This document shows positions 9,583 through 20,966 of a stretch of DNA of 64,000 bases, piece by piece. Location of the stretch: assembly GCA_963776345.1 (NCBI GenBank), contig CAVZMH010000022.1, positions 192,001 through 256,000 of the forward strand, given 5' to 3'. The translations under genes were made by a program, and so were the position numbers. A model generated the notes under the pieces. The model worked only from the letters and a program-made list of their open reading frames with translations. It made no database searches and had not been told where the DNA came from. This DNA is from an uncultured delta proteobacterium (GTDB lineage: Bacteria > Myxococcota > Myxococcia > Myxococcales > Myxococcaceae). Numbering within the stretch: the stretch's first letter is position 1; every line of letters begins with the position of its first letter.

Positions 9583-9963
9583 TTACCCGACGCTGGTGCG
9601 GCTGCGGCGCGCCTCGATGAAGGAGCGGACCGCGATCGCCACGAACGCGAGGCAGACCACGAAGGTGATGACCTGCGCGCCCACCGCCACCGGCCGCTCG
9701 GCCGTCCCGCCGAGCAGTGCCGGGAGCTTGAGCACGCCGGGCACGCAGCCCAGCGCCCCGAGCAGCGCCACCAGCACCGCGACGTGCATCGCGTGCATCC
9801 GCAGCCGCGGGTTGCGGGCGAGCAGCCCGGCGAGGGCGATGAGCACGCCGAGCGCGGCGGGGATGAGGGCGGTCGGGGCGTGAGCGCCGGTCCCGACGAA
9901 GGTGCCGAGGCCGATGGCCACCAGGATGACGCCGACGAGGAGAGCGAGCGTGGGCATGGGCAC
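9583..9963 (-). CDS. Small integral membrane protein (~4 TM)
   Basis: Hydrophobic helices with TALIPA and RMHAMHVA motifs; ends SFIEARR. Confidence 0.75.
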   Translation of the reverse strand: MPMPTLALLVGVILVAIGLGTFVGTGAHAPTALIPAALGVLIALAGLLARNPRLRMHAMHVAVLVALLGALGCVPGVLKLPALLGGTAERPVAVGAQVITFVVCLAFVAIAVRSFIEARRSRTSVG

Positions 9964-10012
9964 CGGTGGCTCTAGCCCGCGCGGACATCTCGTGTACAGT
10001 CCTCGGCCCCCC

Positions 10013-10735
10013 GTGCGCCGTCTCCGCCTGCCGCTCCTCCTGCTCGCCCTGCTGGCCGTCCGGACGGCCCTGGCCTACGTCCCGGCCCCGACCGCCATCT
10101 TCCGGCACCTCCTGTCGGGCCGGGAGGAGCAGCGCATCAGCAGCGCACGGGTGGAGGGCACGCTGGTCCTCTCCGGCGCGGCGGCGACCGAGGTCGGAGG
10201 GCAGGGCGAGGTCCAGTCCGATGCGCGGGTGTACCTCCGCCTCCCGGGACGATGCCGCCTCGAGGCCAGTGGCCCGGAGACCGGGAAGCTCGCGGTGGTG
10301 CAGGCCGGCGGTCAGCTGAAGACCGAGGGCCCGGCGGTCGGCGCCCTGGGCACCGGCCTGGGTGAGCTGTGCGCGCTCCTCGGAGCCCGGAGCGCGGGTG
10401 ACGGCTCGAGCGCGCTGCAGGCGCACCTCCGCAAGCGCGGGGTGAACGTGGGCAACGCGTGGCTGGCCCGCTTCGGAGGCCAGGTGGCGTACGTGGTCGG
10501 AGGCTCGAAGGACGCCGACGCCCAGTTCTGGGTCTTCAAGGACAGCTGGCTGCCGGCGCGCATCCGCTGGACCGACGGCGCCACGCGCTGGGACGTGCGC
10601 TTCGTGGACTACAACTCGCCGGCGGGCGACTGGTTCCCCCGCGCGGTGGAAGTCTCGCGCGACGGCGAGCGGCAGGTCCGGTTCACCACCCTCTCCGGCG
10701 ACCCGAGGGCGAACGTCCCGGACCGCCTCTTCTGA
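10013..10735 (+). CDS. Secreted protein, possible LolA-like fold
   Basis: GTG10013 signal peptide ending ALA. QFWVFKDSWLPARI and WFPRAVEV beta strands. Confidence 0.65.
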   Translation: MRRLRLPLLLLALLAVRTALAYVPAPTAIFRHLLSGREEQRISSARVEGTLVLSGAAATEVGGQGEVQSDARVYLRLPGRCRLEASGPETGKLAVVQAGGQLKTEGPAVGALGTGLGELCALLGARSAGDGSSALQAHLRKRGVNVGNAWLARFGGQVAYVVGGSKDADAQFWVFKDSWLPARIRWTDGATRWDVRFVDYNSPAGDWFPRAVEVSRDGERQVRFTTLSGDPRANVPDRLF

Positions 10736-10753
10736 CGGAGCGGCCTCTCGGCG

Positions 10754-12985
10754 ATGGAGCAGCTCGCCTCGGTGGCGGTGGGGCGTCCGGTGAAGGGGCC
10801 CTTCACCTACCTCGTGCCGCAGGAGCTGGAAGGCAGGCTGCAGCGCGGGCAACGCATCTTGGTCCCGTTCGGCCGGGGCCGGGCGCTGGGCTTCTACCTC
10901 GGGCCGGGCCAGGCGCCCGAGGGGGGCGGGCCGCTCAAGGCGGTCTCGGCCCTGCTCGAGGAGACGCCGGCGCTCCCCGCGGACGTGCTGGCGCTGGTCG
11001 AGTTCGCCGCCACGTACTACCGGCATCCGCTCGGCGAGGCGCTCCGGGCCGCGCTCCCGCCGGGGCTGGCCGACCCGGAGGAGGGTCCCGAGCCGAGTCC
11101 CGAGGTCGCGCGCACGGTGGTGGTGCGGGGCGCTCCGTCGGTCGATGCGCTGAAGCGCGCCCCGGCCCAGGCGGCGACGCTGGGATACCTGCTCGCCGTC
11201 GGTGGGCGCGCGGAGCTCGACGAGCTGGGGCGCGCCGTTCCCGGCGCCCGCGCGGCGGTGCAGCGGCTGGTGGAGCGCGGGTGGGTCGAGGTCGAGGAGC
11301 GCGCGGTGGAGCCCACCGTGGCTGAGGGGCTGGGACAGGTCCGGCCCCAGCGGCTCACCGACGCGCAGGCCGAGGCGCTCGCCGAGCTGCGCGGTGCCCT
11401 CGAGGCCGGGAGGTTCCTGCCCTACCTCCTGCAGGGCGTCACCGGGAGCGGCAAGACCGAGGTGTACTTGCAGGCCGCCGAGCACGCCCTCTCGCGGGGT
11501 GGTGGAGCGCTCATCCTGGTCCCGGAGATCGCCCTCACCCCGCAGCTGGTGGGCCGGTTCCGGAGCCGCTTCGGGAGCGCGGTGGCGGTGCTCCACAGCG
11601 GCCTTCGCGACCGTGAGCGGCTGCTTCACTGGAAGGGGCTCCGCTCCGGCTCGGTGCGGCTCGCGGTCGGCGTGCGCTCCGCGGTGTTTGCCCCGGTGCG
11701 AGACCTGGCGCTCATCGTCGTGGACGAGGAGCACGATCCGTCCTTCAAGCAGGACGAGAAGCTTCGCTACCAGGCCCGTGACCTCGCCGTGGTGCGGGCC
11801 AAGCAGGCCGGCGCCACGGTGGTGCTGGGGTCGGCCACGCCCTCGCTGGAGACGGTGGAGAACGCGCGGCGCGGCCGCTACCGCCACCTCCGGCTCCCGG
11901 CGCGCGTGGACGACCGTCCGATGCCCCGGGTGGAGCTGGTGGACCTCCGGCGCGTGCGGGTGCGGCCCACGGGCACTCCCGAGCAGCCGCCCGCGCTCTC
12001 CCCTCCGCTGGTCGACGCGCTCGGCGAGACCCTGGGGCGCGGCCAGCAGGCCATCCTCTTCCTCAACCGGCGCGGCCACTCGGCGGCGCTGGTGTGCGAG
12101 GCCTGCGGGCAGGGCGTCCCCTGCAGCCGGTGCGACGTCTCGCTCACCTTCCACCTCCGGGGGCGCAACCTCCAGTGCCACTACTGCGGCGAGAGCCGGC
12201 CGGTGCCCGACCGCTGTCCCTCGTGCGGCGGGCCGCTGGTGCCGGTGGGCACGGGCACCGAGCGCGTCGAGGCCGAGGTCGCCGAGCGCTTCCCGGGCGC
12301 CCGGGTGGCCCGGCTGGACCGCGACGCGGCCACCACCGCCGAGCGGCTCACCGACCTCCTCTCCCGCTTCGCCCGCGGCGAGCTGGACGTGCTGGTGGGC
12401 ACGCAGATGGTGGCCAAGGGGCACGACTTCCCCGGCGTGACGCTGGTCTGCGTCGTCTCGGCAGACACCGGGCTGCTCCTGCCCGACTTCCGCGCCGCCG
12501 AGCGGACGTTCCAGCTGGTGACGCAGGTCTCCGGCCGCGCCGGGCGTGGCCTGGAGCCGGGGCGGGTGCTCATCCAGACCTGGAATCCGGAGGCGGACGC
12601 CGTGGCCCGGGTCCCGGCGCACGACTACGACGGGTTCGCCGAGCACGAGCTCGCCTGGCGCGAGGCCCTGGCCTGGCCCCCGTTCAGCCGGCTGGTCGCG
12701 GTGCGCATCGAGGGGGAGGACCCAGGGGAGACGGCGGCGGTGGCCAGGAAGCTGGGGGACCGGGTGGCCGCGCTCCTGCCTGGGCCGGAGACGGGCGTTC
12801 GGCTCCTGGGACCCGCCCCGGCGCCGCTCCCCCGGCTGCGGGGGAAGAGCCGCTGGCAGCTGCTCCTCAAGGCCCCCCGCCACGCCTTGCTCGGGCCGGT
12901 GCTGGACCAGCTGGAGCGGGACCTCGAGGTGCTGCCGGCGGCGGTCCGGGTCGTCCTCGACGTCGACCCCGGGGCGATGCTGTAG
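10754..12985 (+). CDS. priA: Primosomal protein N' (replication-restart helicase)
   Basis: GVTGSGKTEVY, DEEH, SAT, four CxxC pairs, KGHDFP and GRAGR motifs. Confidence 0.97.
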   Translation: MEQLASVAVGRPVKGPFTYLVPQELEGRLQRGQRILVPFGRGRALGFYLGPGQAPEGGGPLKAVSALLEETPALPADVLALVEFAATYYRHPLGEALRAALPPGLADPEEGPEPSPEVARTVVVRGAPSVDALKRAPAQAATLGYLLAVGGRAELDELGRAVPGARAAVQRLVERGWVEVEERAVEPTVAEGLGQVRPQRLTDAQAEALAELRGALEAGRFLPYLLQGVTGSGKTEVYLQAAEHALSRGGGALILVPEIALTPQLVGRFRSRFGSAVAVLHSGLRDRERLLHWKGLRSGSVRLAVGVRSAVFAPVRDLALIVVDEEHDPSFKQDEKLRYQARDLAVVRAKQAGATVVLGSATPSLETVENARRGRYRHLRLPARVDDRPMPRVELVDLRRVRVRPTGTPEQPPALSPPLVDALGETLGRGQQAILFLNRRGHSAALVCEACGQGVPCSRCDVSLTFHLRGRNLQCHYCGESRPVPDRCPSCGGPLVPVGTGTERVEAEVAERFPGARVARLDRDAATTAERLTDLLSRFARGELDVLVGTQMVAKGHDFPGVTLVCVVSADTGLLLPDFRAAERTFQLVTQVSGRAGRGLEPGRVLIQTWNPEADAVARVPAHDYDGFAEHELAWREALAWPPFSRLVAVRIEGEDPGETAAVARKLGDRVAALLPGPETGVRLLGPAPAPLPRLRGKSRWQLLLKAPRHALLGPVLDQLERDLEVLPAAVRVVLDVDPGAML

Positions 12986-13002
12986 GCTCTCCCGGACAGA
13001 CC

Positions 13003-15744
13003 GTGGCGTCCACGCTCCTCCTCGTCCACGATGACCTGGCGACCATCGCGCTCGTGCGCCGGACGCTGGTCCGCGCCGGTCACACCGTCGAGCTCGCCAC
13101 CTCCACGGCCGACGCGCTGACCGCCGCGACGACGTTGCAGCCCGCGCTGGTGCTGCTGGCCCCCGGCGTGGAGAGCGGGCGCGGTGCGGCGCTGCTGCGC
13201 GAGCTCGCCTCCCGGCCCGAGACCTCGCGCCTCCCCATCCTCCTCCTCGGCCGGATGGTGGACGGTCACCGTGGCCCGGTGCTGCCCACCCCGTTCCGCG
13301 CCGAGACGCTGCTCCGCGCGGTGGACGAGGCGCTCGCTGCTGACCTGGGCGCCGACGAGCCGGTGACCGACACCTTCGGCACCGGGCTCGGGTCCATCGC
13401 GCTCGACGCGCTCCCGGAGACGCTGGACCTCGACTGGGAGCCCCCGGCCGCAGCCCCCGCCTCGGTCGCGACGCCGGCGGCACCCGAGCCGGCTCCGGAG
13501 CCTGCGCCGTCCGACCACCTCGAGGCCTTCGACGCGGGCCCGCTCCTCGAGGGCGAGCCGGAGCCCGAGCCGTCCGGCGACGAGGAGATGCTCCACGCCG
13601 CCGAGGAGCCGTCGCCGCTCGTCCCCGGCGTCCACCCCGACCTCGAGCACACCGCGCCGATGCTCGCCCTGGCGGCCGGCGCCTGGAGCGCGACGACCGA
13701 CGACCGGCTGGCGCCGCTCGGGCACGCCAGCTCGAGCGCCGCGGCGCTGCTCGACGACATCGCCTCCGAGGCCCGGGCGCGCGAGGACGAGGCCCGCGCC
13801 GCGCAGCAGGCCATGGAGGAGGAGCAGCGGCGCCGGCAGGAGGCGGAGGCACTGTCCGAGACCCGGGCCCGCGAGGCGCGCGAGGCCTCGGGGGCGGCGC
13901 TGGCCGCGCGCATCGACGCCGAGGAGGCGCGGGCCCAGGTGGAGGCGGCGCGGTCGGCGCAGCAGGCGGCGGAGTCGGCGACGGCGGAGCTGCAGCGCGC
14001 GCTCGACCAGGAGCGGCAGAGCGCGTCCGAGGCCAGGGCGGCGATGGAGTCGGCGCAGGCCACGGGGATGGCAGAGGCCGAGCTGCTGGCGAAGACGCTG
14101 CGCGAGGTCGAGGCGCGGGCGGAGGCCGAGACCAACGCCCGGCTCGGGCTCGAGGCCCGCTCCCAGGCGGAGCTGGACCGGCTCGGGCAGCAGCTGCAGG
14201 CACAGACGGCGGAGCTGGAGGGGCTGCGCTCGGCGGTGTCGGAGGCCACCTCCGCCGGCGCGGACCTCTCCGAGGCCAACCAGGCGCTGGAGCGCGAGGC
14301 GGCCGAGCTCGCCGAGCGTCTGGCGGCGGAGGAGCGCGCGTCGGTGGAGGCGCGGCGGCAGGCCGACGCCTGGCTCCAGACCGAGCGCGAGCAGGCGGAC
14401 GCGCTCCGCCGCGAGCTGCTGGAGCTGAAGACCGAGCTGCGCCGGCTGCGCGAGGAGCTGGAGCAGGGCCGCGAGCGGATGGCGGAGGGGGAGATCCGGG
14501 TGGCGCAGCAGTCGGCGGCGCGCGCCGAGGCCGAGGAGGCCGCGCGAGCGGCGGTGGACGAGGCGGCGCGGGCCCGCGACGAGCTCGAGCGCGCCCGCGC
14601 CGAGACCGAGCAGGTGCGCCGGCAGGCGGAGACGCGCCTGAAGGCCCAGGAGGAGCGCCGGGCGGCGGCGGCCCGCGCCCAGGCCGAGGCCGAGGCGGCC
14701 GACGCGGCGCGACGGGTGACGGAGCGTGCGCGCTGGGCGGTGGCCGATGCGGGCCGGGTCACGCTGGAGGAGCTCGCGGCGCTGCTCTTCCGTCTCGAGC
14801 AGGGGCGGGCGACGGCCCGTCTCGAGCTCCGGGCTGCCGACGCGCTCCGGGTGCTGTGGCTCGAGGAGGGCGCGCTCGCCGCGGCGGCCAGCACCGTGTC
14901 CACCGAGTCGCTCCTGGACCGCGCGGTGCGCGACGGGCTGGTGTCCGCCGGCGCCGAGCGCGAGCTGCGGATCCTTCGTCTGGGCGAGGCCGAGCTGACC
15001 GAGGAGCTCGTTCGGCGGAAGCTGATGACCGACTCGGAGCTGGTGCCGTTCCTCCAGCGCCTCACCGAGGCCCGGGCCCTGGAGGCCTTCTCCGAGCCCG
15101 TCTCGTTCTACCGCCTGAGCGCGGACACCCCACCCCCCGAGGGCAAGCGCGCCGCGGTGCGCCCGCTGTCGGCGCTGGCGGCCGAGGGAGTGCGCCGCGG
15201 ACTCCCTCCCGAGGAGGTGGACCGGCTCGTGCCCTCGCTCCGGGCCGTGCCGAAGCTGCTCCGGCGGGTGGACGCGCAGGCGCTCGGGCTCGGCGACCGC
15301 GAGAGGCGGCTCCTCGAGGCCATCGACGGCGAGCGCACGGTGCAGCAACTCCTGCTCATGCTGGGCGTCTCGCGCGATGCGGGGCGCAAGGCGGTGGCGG
15401 TGGCGGTGGCGGTGGGGTGGATCGAGCTCAAGCCACCGTCGCAGGAGGAGGCACAGGCGGAGACAGTGGAGGTCGCCGCGGCCCGCCTCGAGGCCCGGTG
15501 GTCGCAGGTGGAGGACGCCGACTACTTCGCGGTGCTCGGGCTTCCCCGGAACGCCGGGCCCGACGAGGTGGCGCGGGCCTTCGCCCGGCTGTCGGCGGAG
15601 TACGACCCGCTGCGGTGGTCGGGGCACCCCGACCCCCGGGTGCAGGCGCGCGCGGAGCGGATGCAGGCGCTCCTCTCCGAGGCGGCGCGGGCGCTGTCCG
15701 ACGACGGGCTCCGCAACGCCTACGCCCGCTCGCTGGGCGAGTGA
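13003..15744 (+). CDS. Pseudo-receiver + acidic/Pro linker + long coiled coil + DUF4388-like region + J-like domain protein
   Basis: LLLVHDD...PALVLLAP receiver-like start, ~300 aa E/A/R-rich heptads and a C-terminal DYFAVLGL...AEYDPL. Confidence 0.75.
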   Translation: MASTLLLVHDDLATIALVRRTLVRAGHTVELATSTADALTAATTLQPALVLLAPGVESGRGAALLRELASRPETSRLPILLLGRMVDGHRGPVLPTPFRAETLLRAVDEALAADLGADEPVTDTFGTGLGSIALDALPETLDLDWEPPAAAPASVATPAAPEPAPEPAPSDHLEAFDAGPLLEGEPEPEPSGDEEMLHAAEEPSPLVPGVHPDLEHTAPMLALAAGAWSATTDDRLAPLGHASSSAAALLDDIASEARAREDEARAAQQAMEEEQRRRQEAEALSETRAREAREASGAALAARIDAEEARAQVEAARSAQQAAESATAELQRALDQERQSASEARAAMESAQATGMAEAELLAKTLREVEARAEAETNARLGLEARSQAELDRLGQQLQAQTAELEGLRSAVSEATSAGADLSEANQALEREAAELAERLAAEERASVEARRQADAWLQTEREQADALRRELLELKTELRRLREELEQGRERMAEGEIRVAQQSAARAEAEEAARAAVDEAARARDELERARAETEQVRRQAETRLKAQEERRAAAARAQAEAEAADAARRVTERARWAVADAGRVTLEELAALLFRLEQGRATARLELRAADALRVLWLEEGALAAAASTVSTESLLDRAVRDGLVSAGAERELRILRLGEAELTEELVRRKLMTDSELVPFLQRLTEARALEAFSEPVSFYRLSADTPPPEGKRAAVRPLSALAAEGVRRGLPPEEVDRLVPSLRAVPKLLRRVDAQALGLGDRERRLLEAIDGERTVQQLLLMLGVSRDAGRKAVAVAVAVGWIELKPPSQEEAQAETVEVAAARLEARWSQVEDADYFAVLGLPRNAGPDEVARAFARLSAEYDPLRWSGHPDPRVQARAERMQALLSEAARALSDDGLRNAYARSLGE

Positions 15745-15858
15745 CGCCCGTGTCAGGTTGCGGACCACTGCGGTAGGGCGACGTCGACCCGCCCACGCAT
15801 GGCGTCCACGTGGGGTGGCGTTGCGTGTCTCCCGCACCCCTGGCTATGACCAGGGACG

Positions 15859-16890
15859 ATGATTCGCGAGATTCTCCTCTGGCCCCACCCCCTGCTCCGC
15901 CGCAAGGCGCTCTCCGTGGAGGCGGTGGACGCCTCCGTGCGCACGCTGGTCAGCGACATGTTCGAGACCATGTACGCTGCGCCGGGCGTGGGGCTCGCAG
16001 CGCCGCAGATCGGCGTGTTGCAGCGGGTGCTGGTGCTCGACACCCGGCCCCGGCAGCCCGAGGTGCAGCCGGTGGCGATGATCAACCCGCGCATCGTCTC
16101 CACCGAGGGCGGACCGTCCGTGTACCGCGAGGGCTGCCTCTCCATCCCCGGCGAGGCCGAGGAGGTCGAGCGCCCGGCGATCGTCACCGTGGAGTTCCTC
16201 GACGTCGAGGGACAGCTGCAGCGGCTCCGCTGCGAGGGGCTGCTGGCCACGGCGGCGCAGCACGAGATCGACCACCTCGACGGTCGGCTCTACGTCGACT
16301 TCCTCCCGGTGCTGCAGCGCCTGTCGATGCGCCGGCGGGCGAAGCGACGGAAGAGAGCCCCCCGAGGCCGTCGAGGGCCCCTCGACCGCGCTCTCGATCC
16401 GGCACCGCTCGGGCCAGCGCCTGCGTCGGGGCTACGGCGAGAACGGCGCCGTCGCCGTCTGGGCGAAATCCTGGGGGAAGTGCCGGCGGTATGGCGCCGG
16501 GGCCGCGGCGAAGTGGCCGGTCGGCTCGCGGACTGCGGTGAGATAGGCGACGTACTGCTGGCCCCCGCCCGGTCAGCGGGTGGCCGCAGCTCGCCGCGGC
16601 TTCCTCCGCGTCGCGCCACGACGTCGCGGTGCCGGAGGGACCACCGCCGCGGAGCGAGGCGGGCGCGCGCCCTTCACCACCTTGGCCTTCGCCTTCCCCA
16701 CGCCGATGCGCGGACAGAGCTCGCGCACCACGCACCGCTCGCAGGCCGGCGAGCGGGCGAAGCAGGTCCTCCGGCCGTGCCAGATCAGGAGCTGGTGCCC
16801 CTTCGCCCAGAGCTGGTGCGGGACCAGCGCCTGGAGGTCCTCCTCGATGCGGCTCGGGTCCTCGGCCCGGGTGAAGCCCAGGCGGCGTGA
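15859..16890 (+). CDS. def: Peptide deformylase; true end probably near 16400-16545 (the ORF as given overlaps nth)
   Basis: GVGLAAPQ, EGCLS and QHEIDHLDG motifs. After RRRAKRRK the GC3-rich frame shifts (EPPEAVEGPSTAL). Confidence 0.9.
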   Translation: MIREILLWPHPLLRRKALSVEAVDASVRTLVSDMFETMYAAPGVGLAAPQIGVLQRVLVLDTRPRQPEVQPVAMINPRIVSTEGGPSVYREGCLSIPGEAEEVERPAIVTVEFLDVEGQLQRLRCEGLLATAAQHEIDHLDGRLYVDFLPVLQRLSMRRRAKRRKRAPRGRRGPLDRALDPAPLGPAPASGLRRERRRRRLGEILGEVPAVWRRGRGEVAGRLADCGEIGDVLLAPARSAGGRSSPRLPPRRATTSRCRRDHRRGARRARALHHLGLRLPHADARTELAHHAPLAGRRAGEAGPPAVPDQELVPLRPELVRDQRLEVLLDAARVLGPGEAQAA

Positions 16891-17343
16891 GAGCCGCTTC
16901 ACGTGGGTGTCCACCGGGAACGCCGGCTCACCCTCCAGATGCACCGTCACCACCCCGGCGGTCTTCGGCCCCACGCCCGGGAGCGCGGCGAGGTCGGCCC
17001 GGGCGGTGGGGACCTTGCCTCCGTGCCGTTCGGCCACCGCCGCGGCCATGCCCTTGAGCGCCCTGGCCTTCGCCCGGAAGAAGCCGCAGCTGTGGATCAT
17101 CGTCTCCAGCTCGGGGGTGTCCGCCTCGGCCAGCGAGCGCGCGTCGGGATAGCGCCGGAACAGCGCGGGGGTGACCATGTTCACCCGCTTGTCCGTGCAC
17201 TGGGCGGACAGGATGACGGCCGTCACCAGCTGGAGCGGGGTCTGGTAGTCGAGCTCGATCCGCGCGTCAGGCATCGCCTCGCCCAGCCGTTCGAAGATCT
17301 CAAGTCCGCGCGCCCTGCGCTCGGCCACCGTCTCGCGAGCCAT
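16573..17343 (-). CDS. nth: Endonuclease III
   Basis: [10 protein letters not shown], Hh[14 protein letters not shown] and 4Fe-4S motif C-x6-C-x2-C-x5-C. Confidence 0.96.
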   Translation of the reverse strand: MARETVAERRARGLEIFERLGEAMPDARIELDYQTPLQLVTAVILSAQCTDKRVNMVTPALFRRYPDARSLAEADTPELETMIHSCGFFRAKARALKGMAAAVAERHGGKVPTARADLAALPGVGPKTAGVVTVHLEGEPAFPVDTHVKRLSRRLGFTRAEDPSRIEEDLQALVPHQLWAKGHQLLIWHGRRTCFARSPACERCVVRELCPRIGVGKAKAKVVKGARPPRSAAVVPPAPRRRGATRRKPRRAAATR

Positions 17344-17369
17344 GCCCCGGTTGTAGTACGGACCCCGCC

Positions 17370-18404
<1,035 letters not shown>

Positions 18405-18513
18405 GCATCTGTGGGGGCCAGGGGCTCCCGTGTCCTTTTGGCTGGACTCACGCGGGTCTTGTGGGCCAGGGTCACCCGGCTGACACGGCGTCGCGGCCGG
18501 CAGCGCATGGACG

Positions 18514-19506
18514 ATGACCCGTCACGCCCTCGTCACAGCCCTGGCCGCCGTCAGCCTCGTCGGCTGTGCCACGACGCGTCAGGCCGGTGCGCTGACCCCC
18601 GACCCGGTCCAGGTCGCCCACCTTCCCGCCACCGGTGAGCCGGTGAAGCCCGAGGCGGCGCCCCACCCCGGGCCGGTCGCCGCGCCGCCCGAGGAGCCGA
18701 TGACCTCGAGCCTGCTCCGGGCGCGCCTGGTGGCCTTCGTGCTCGAGGCCGAGGCCCGGCGGAGCGACGGCCGCCCCGGCTCGTCGCTGCCCGACTCGGA
18801 GCTCGCGGCCTGGGAACGCATCCAGTCCGACGTGGACCGCTTCCTGGCCGAGCCCGCGGGGAGCGAAGAGGCGGAGGACGTGCAGATCGCCCGTGGCTCG
18901 CTCCGGGCCGCGCTGGACCGGGACGGGCAGGCCTACGGCGGCGTGCCCCCCGAGCTGGTCCGATCGGTCGAGGAGCGCGTGGCCCGCCTGGAGGAGCGGA
19001 TGGGACCTCCGCCCGGGCCGCGCTTCCAGTGGCCGCTCGACGAGGTGCGCGTCACCAGCCGCTTCGGGCGCCGGTTCCACCCCATCGCCCACCGCAACAA
19101 GATGCACTCGGGCATCGACATGGTCGCCGAGCGCAACCAGCCGGTGATGGCCGCCGGCGCCGGCATCGTGGTGCGCGCCGGCTGGATGCACGGGTACGGC
19201 TACGAGGTCACGGTCGATCACGGCAACGGTCGAATGACCCGCTACAGCCACCTGGCGCGCACCCTGGTGCTCGAGGGAACCCAGGTGGTGAAGGGGATGC
19301 CGCTCGGGCTCGCCGGGCGGACCGGCACCGCCACCGGCGTCCACCTGCACTTCGAGTACTGGAAGGACGACGTCGCGCGCGACCCGCTCAAGGAGTTCGC
19401 GCGGCTGGTGGGCGATCGCGGTCCGAAGCCGGTGGTGGTCGCGCCGTCGCACCCGCAGCGGCAAAGGACCGCCTCGGCCCGCAAGCCCGAGGGTCCGGGC
19501 GCCTGA
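18514..19506 (+). CDS. M23 family metallopeptidase lipoprotein
   Basis: Lipobox SLVGC, HSGID, YSHL and TGVHLHFE motifs. Confidence 0.9.
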   Translation: MTRHALVTALAAVSLVGCATTRQAGALTPDPVQVAHLPATGEPVKPEAAPHPGPVAAPPEEPMTSSLLRARLVAFVLEAEARRSDGRPGSSLPDSELAAWERIQSDVDRFLAEPAGSEEAEDVQIARGSLRAALDRDGQAYGGVPPELVRSVEERVARLEERMGPPPGPRFQWPLDEVRVTSRFGRRFHPIAHRNKMHSGIDMVAERNQPVMAAGAGIVVRAGWMHGYGYEVTVDHGNGRMTRYSHLARTLVLEGTQVVKGMPLGLAGRTGTATGVHLHFEYWKDDVARDPLKEFARLVGDRGPKPVVVAPSHPQRQRTASARKPEGPGA

Positions 19507-20966
19507 TCGCGCGGGGCCGGCTTCCGGTCGCCCTGGGAGCGCTGGTCTGCGCGGCGTGTCCTGCCGTCGTCCCGCCCAGGGACACCGCTGCCCGGGAGTC
19601 CCCTGCCTCCGCCGTGGCCGGTCCCGAGCTCTTCGTGGACCCCTCCGCGCCCCCGGGGGGCGACGGGAGCCGCGCGCGCCCGTTCCGGACGCTGGGCGAG
19701 ACGCCGGGCCGGGGACGCATCCGTCTGGCCTCTGGGGTCTACCCGGGGGGGCTCCTGCTCGAGGACGTGGAGCTGGTGGGCGGTGCGGCGGTGGTGCTCG
19801 CCTCGAGCCCGCCCGGGCCCTGTGTCCGGACCCGCGGGACGGTGCGCCTGGACCAGGTGCAGATCCAGGGCGGGGCGGGGGGGCTGGTGGTCGAGAGCGG
19901 ACGGACCACGCTCGAGTCGGTGCGCCTGAGCGGGCAACGGGGCGCCGCCATCGAGGTCGCCGGGGGGGCAGAGCTGATCCTCGCCCGCTCGGCGCTCCAG
20001 GCCTCCGTCTCCGGAGTCCCCGGAGTGCGTATCCTCCCCGGCGGCCGGGCGGAGCTCCGGGAGGTGGTCATCAAGGGACCGTTCCAGCGCGCGGTCGAGG
20101 CGACCCGTCCGGTGGCGCTCCGGCTGGCGGGAGTCCAGGTCCAGGACGCGGTGACCGGGCTCTGGCTGTCGGGTGGCGCGGGGGCGGCCGAGTCCCTCGA
20201 GGTGCGCGGGGGCCGCGGGCCCGGCATCTACGTCGCCGGCGGCGCGCTCCAGCTCCGGGACATCCGGGTCTCGGGCCACGAGTACGGGCTCCTCACGGGC
20301 GAGGGCGCCCGGGTCGAGGGACGGGGGCTGCGTTCGGTGGGCGCCGAGCGTGCCGGCGTCGCCGTGGTGCTCTCCCGGGCCGTGCTGGAGGACGTCCGCG
20401 TGGAGTCGGCGGGGCAAACGGCGGCGGTGCAGCTCGTCTCCTCCGACGTCCGGATCCGGGGGCTGGAGGTGCAGGGCGGGCGGTCGCTGGGCCTGATGGC
20501 CCGCGATGCCGAGCTGACGGTGGAGGGGGCGACGGTGGCGGGGCTCAGGAGCGCGGACTCCGCAGAGGGAGACGCGTTCCAGATCCGCGGCGGCCGAGCG
20601 TCGCTCACCGGAGTCCACGTCCAGGAGTGCAGCGGGATCGGCGTCCTCGCGGCGGAGGGGGCGCAGGTGACGCTCGTCCGGTCGACCATCGGCAGCGCGG
20701 GCGTGGCCGGCCTGGCGGTCGAGACGGGGGCGCGGCTCACCGCCTCGGAGGTCACCATCGAGCGCACGCAGGGCCCGGCGCTGCTGGTGACCGAGCGCGG
20801 GGTGGCGGAGCTGCGGGCGATCACCGCTCGCTCCAACCGGGACGGCCCGGTGTGGGCCGAGTGCGGCCAGGGCGTGGAGGTGGACATCGACGGCTGGATC
20901 GGCGACGTGGCGCCCGCGCCCGCGCCATGCGTCCGGACGAGCTCCCCGCTCAGCCCGCGTCGCTGA
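19503..20966 (+). CDS. Right-handed beta-helix (pectin-lyase-like) putative lipoprotein; start uncertain
   Basis: LVCAAC lipobox-like motif, FVDPSAPPGGDGSRARPFRT cap and repeated G-[IL]-x-[VL] strands. The only nearby start is CTG overlapping the M23 stop. Confidence 0.7.
   Translation: MIARGRLPVALGALVCAACPAVVPPRDTAARESPASAVAGPELFVDPSAPPGGDGSRARPFRTLGETPGRGRIRLASGVYPGGLLLEDVELVGGAAVVLASSPPGPCVRTRGTVRLDQVQIQGGAGGLVVESGRTTLESVRLSGQRGAAIEVAGGAELILARSALQASVSGVPGVRILPGGRAELREVVIKGPFQRAVEATRPVALRLAGVQVQDAVTGLWLSGGAGAAESLEVRGGRGPGIYVAGGALQLRDIRVSGHEYGLLTGEGARVEGRGLRSVGAERAGVAVVLSRAVLEDVRVESAGQTAAVQLVSSDVRIRGLEVQGGRSLGLMARDAELTVEGATVAGLRSADSAEGDAFQIRGGRASLTGVHVQECSGIGVLAAEGAQVTLVRSTIGSAGVAGLAVETGARLTASEVTIERTQGPALLVTERGVAELRAITARSNRDGPVWAECGQGVEVDIDGWIGDVAPAPAPCVRTSSPLSPRR

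Noticed and set aside
9548..15837. Very long antisense ORFs (1551, 1070 and 599 aa)
   Set aside because: They are stop-poor shadows of high-GC genes, rich in R/P/A/G, with no motifs.
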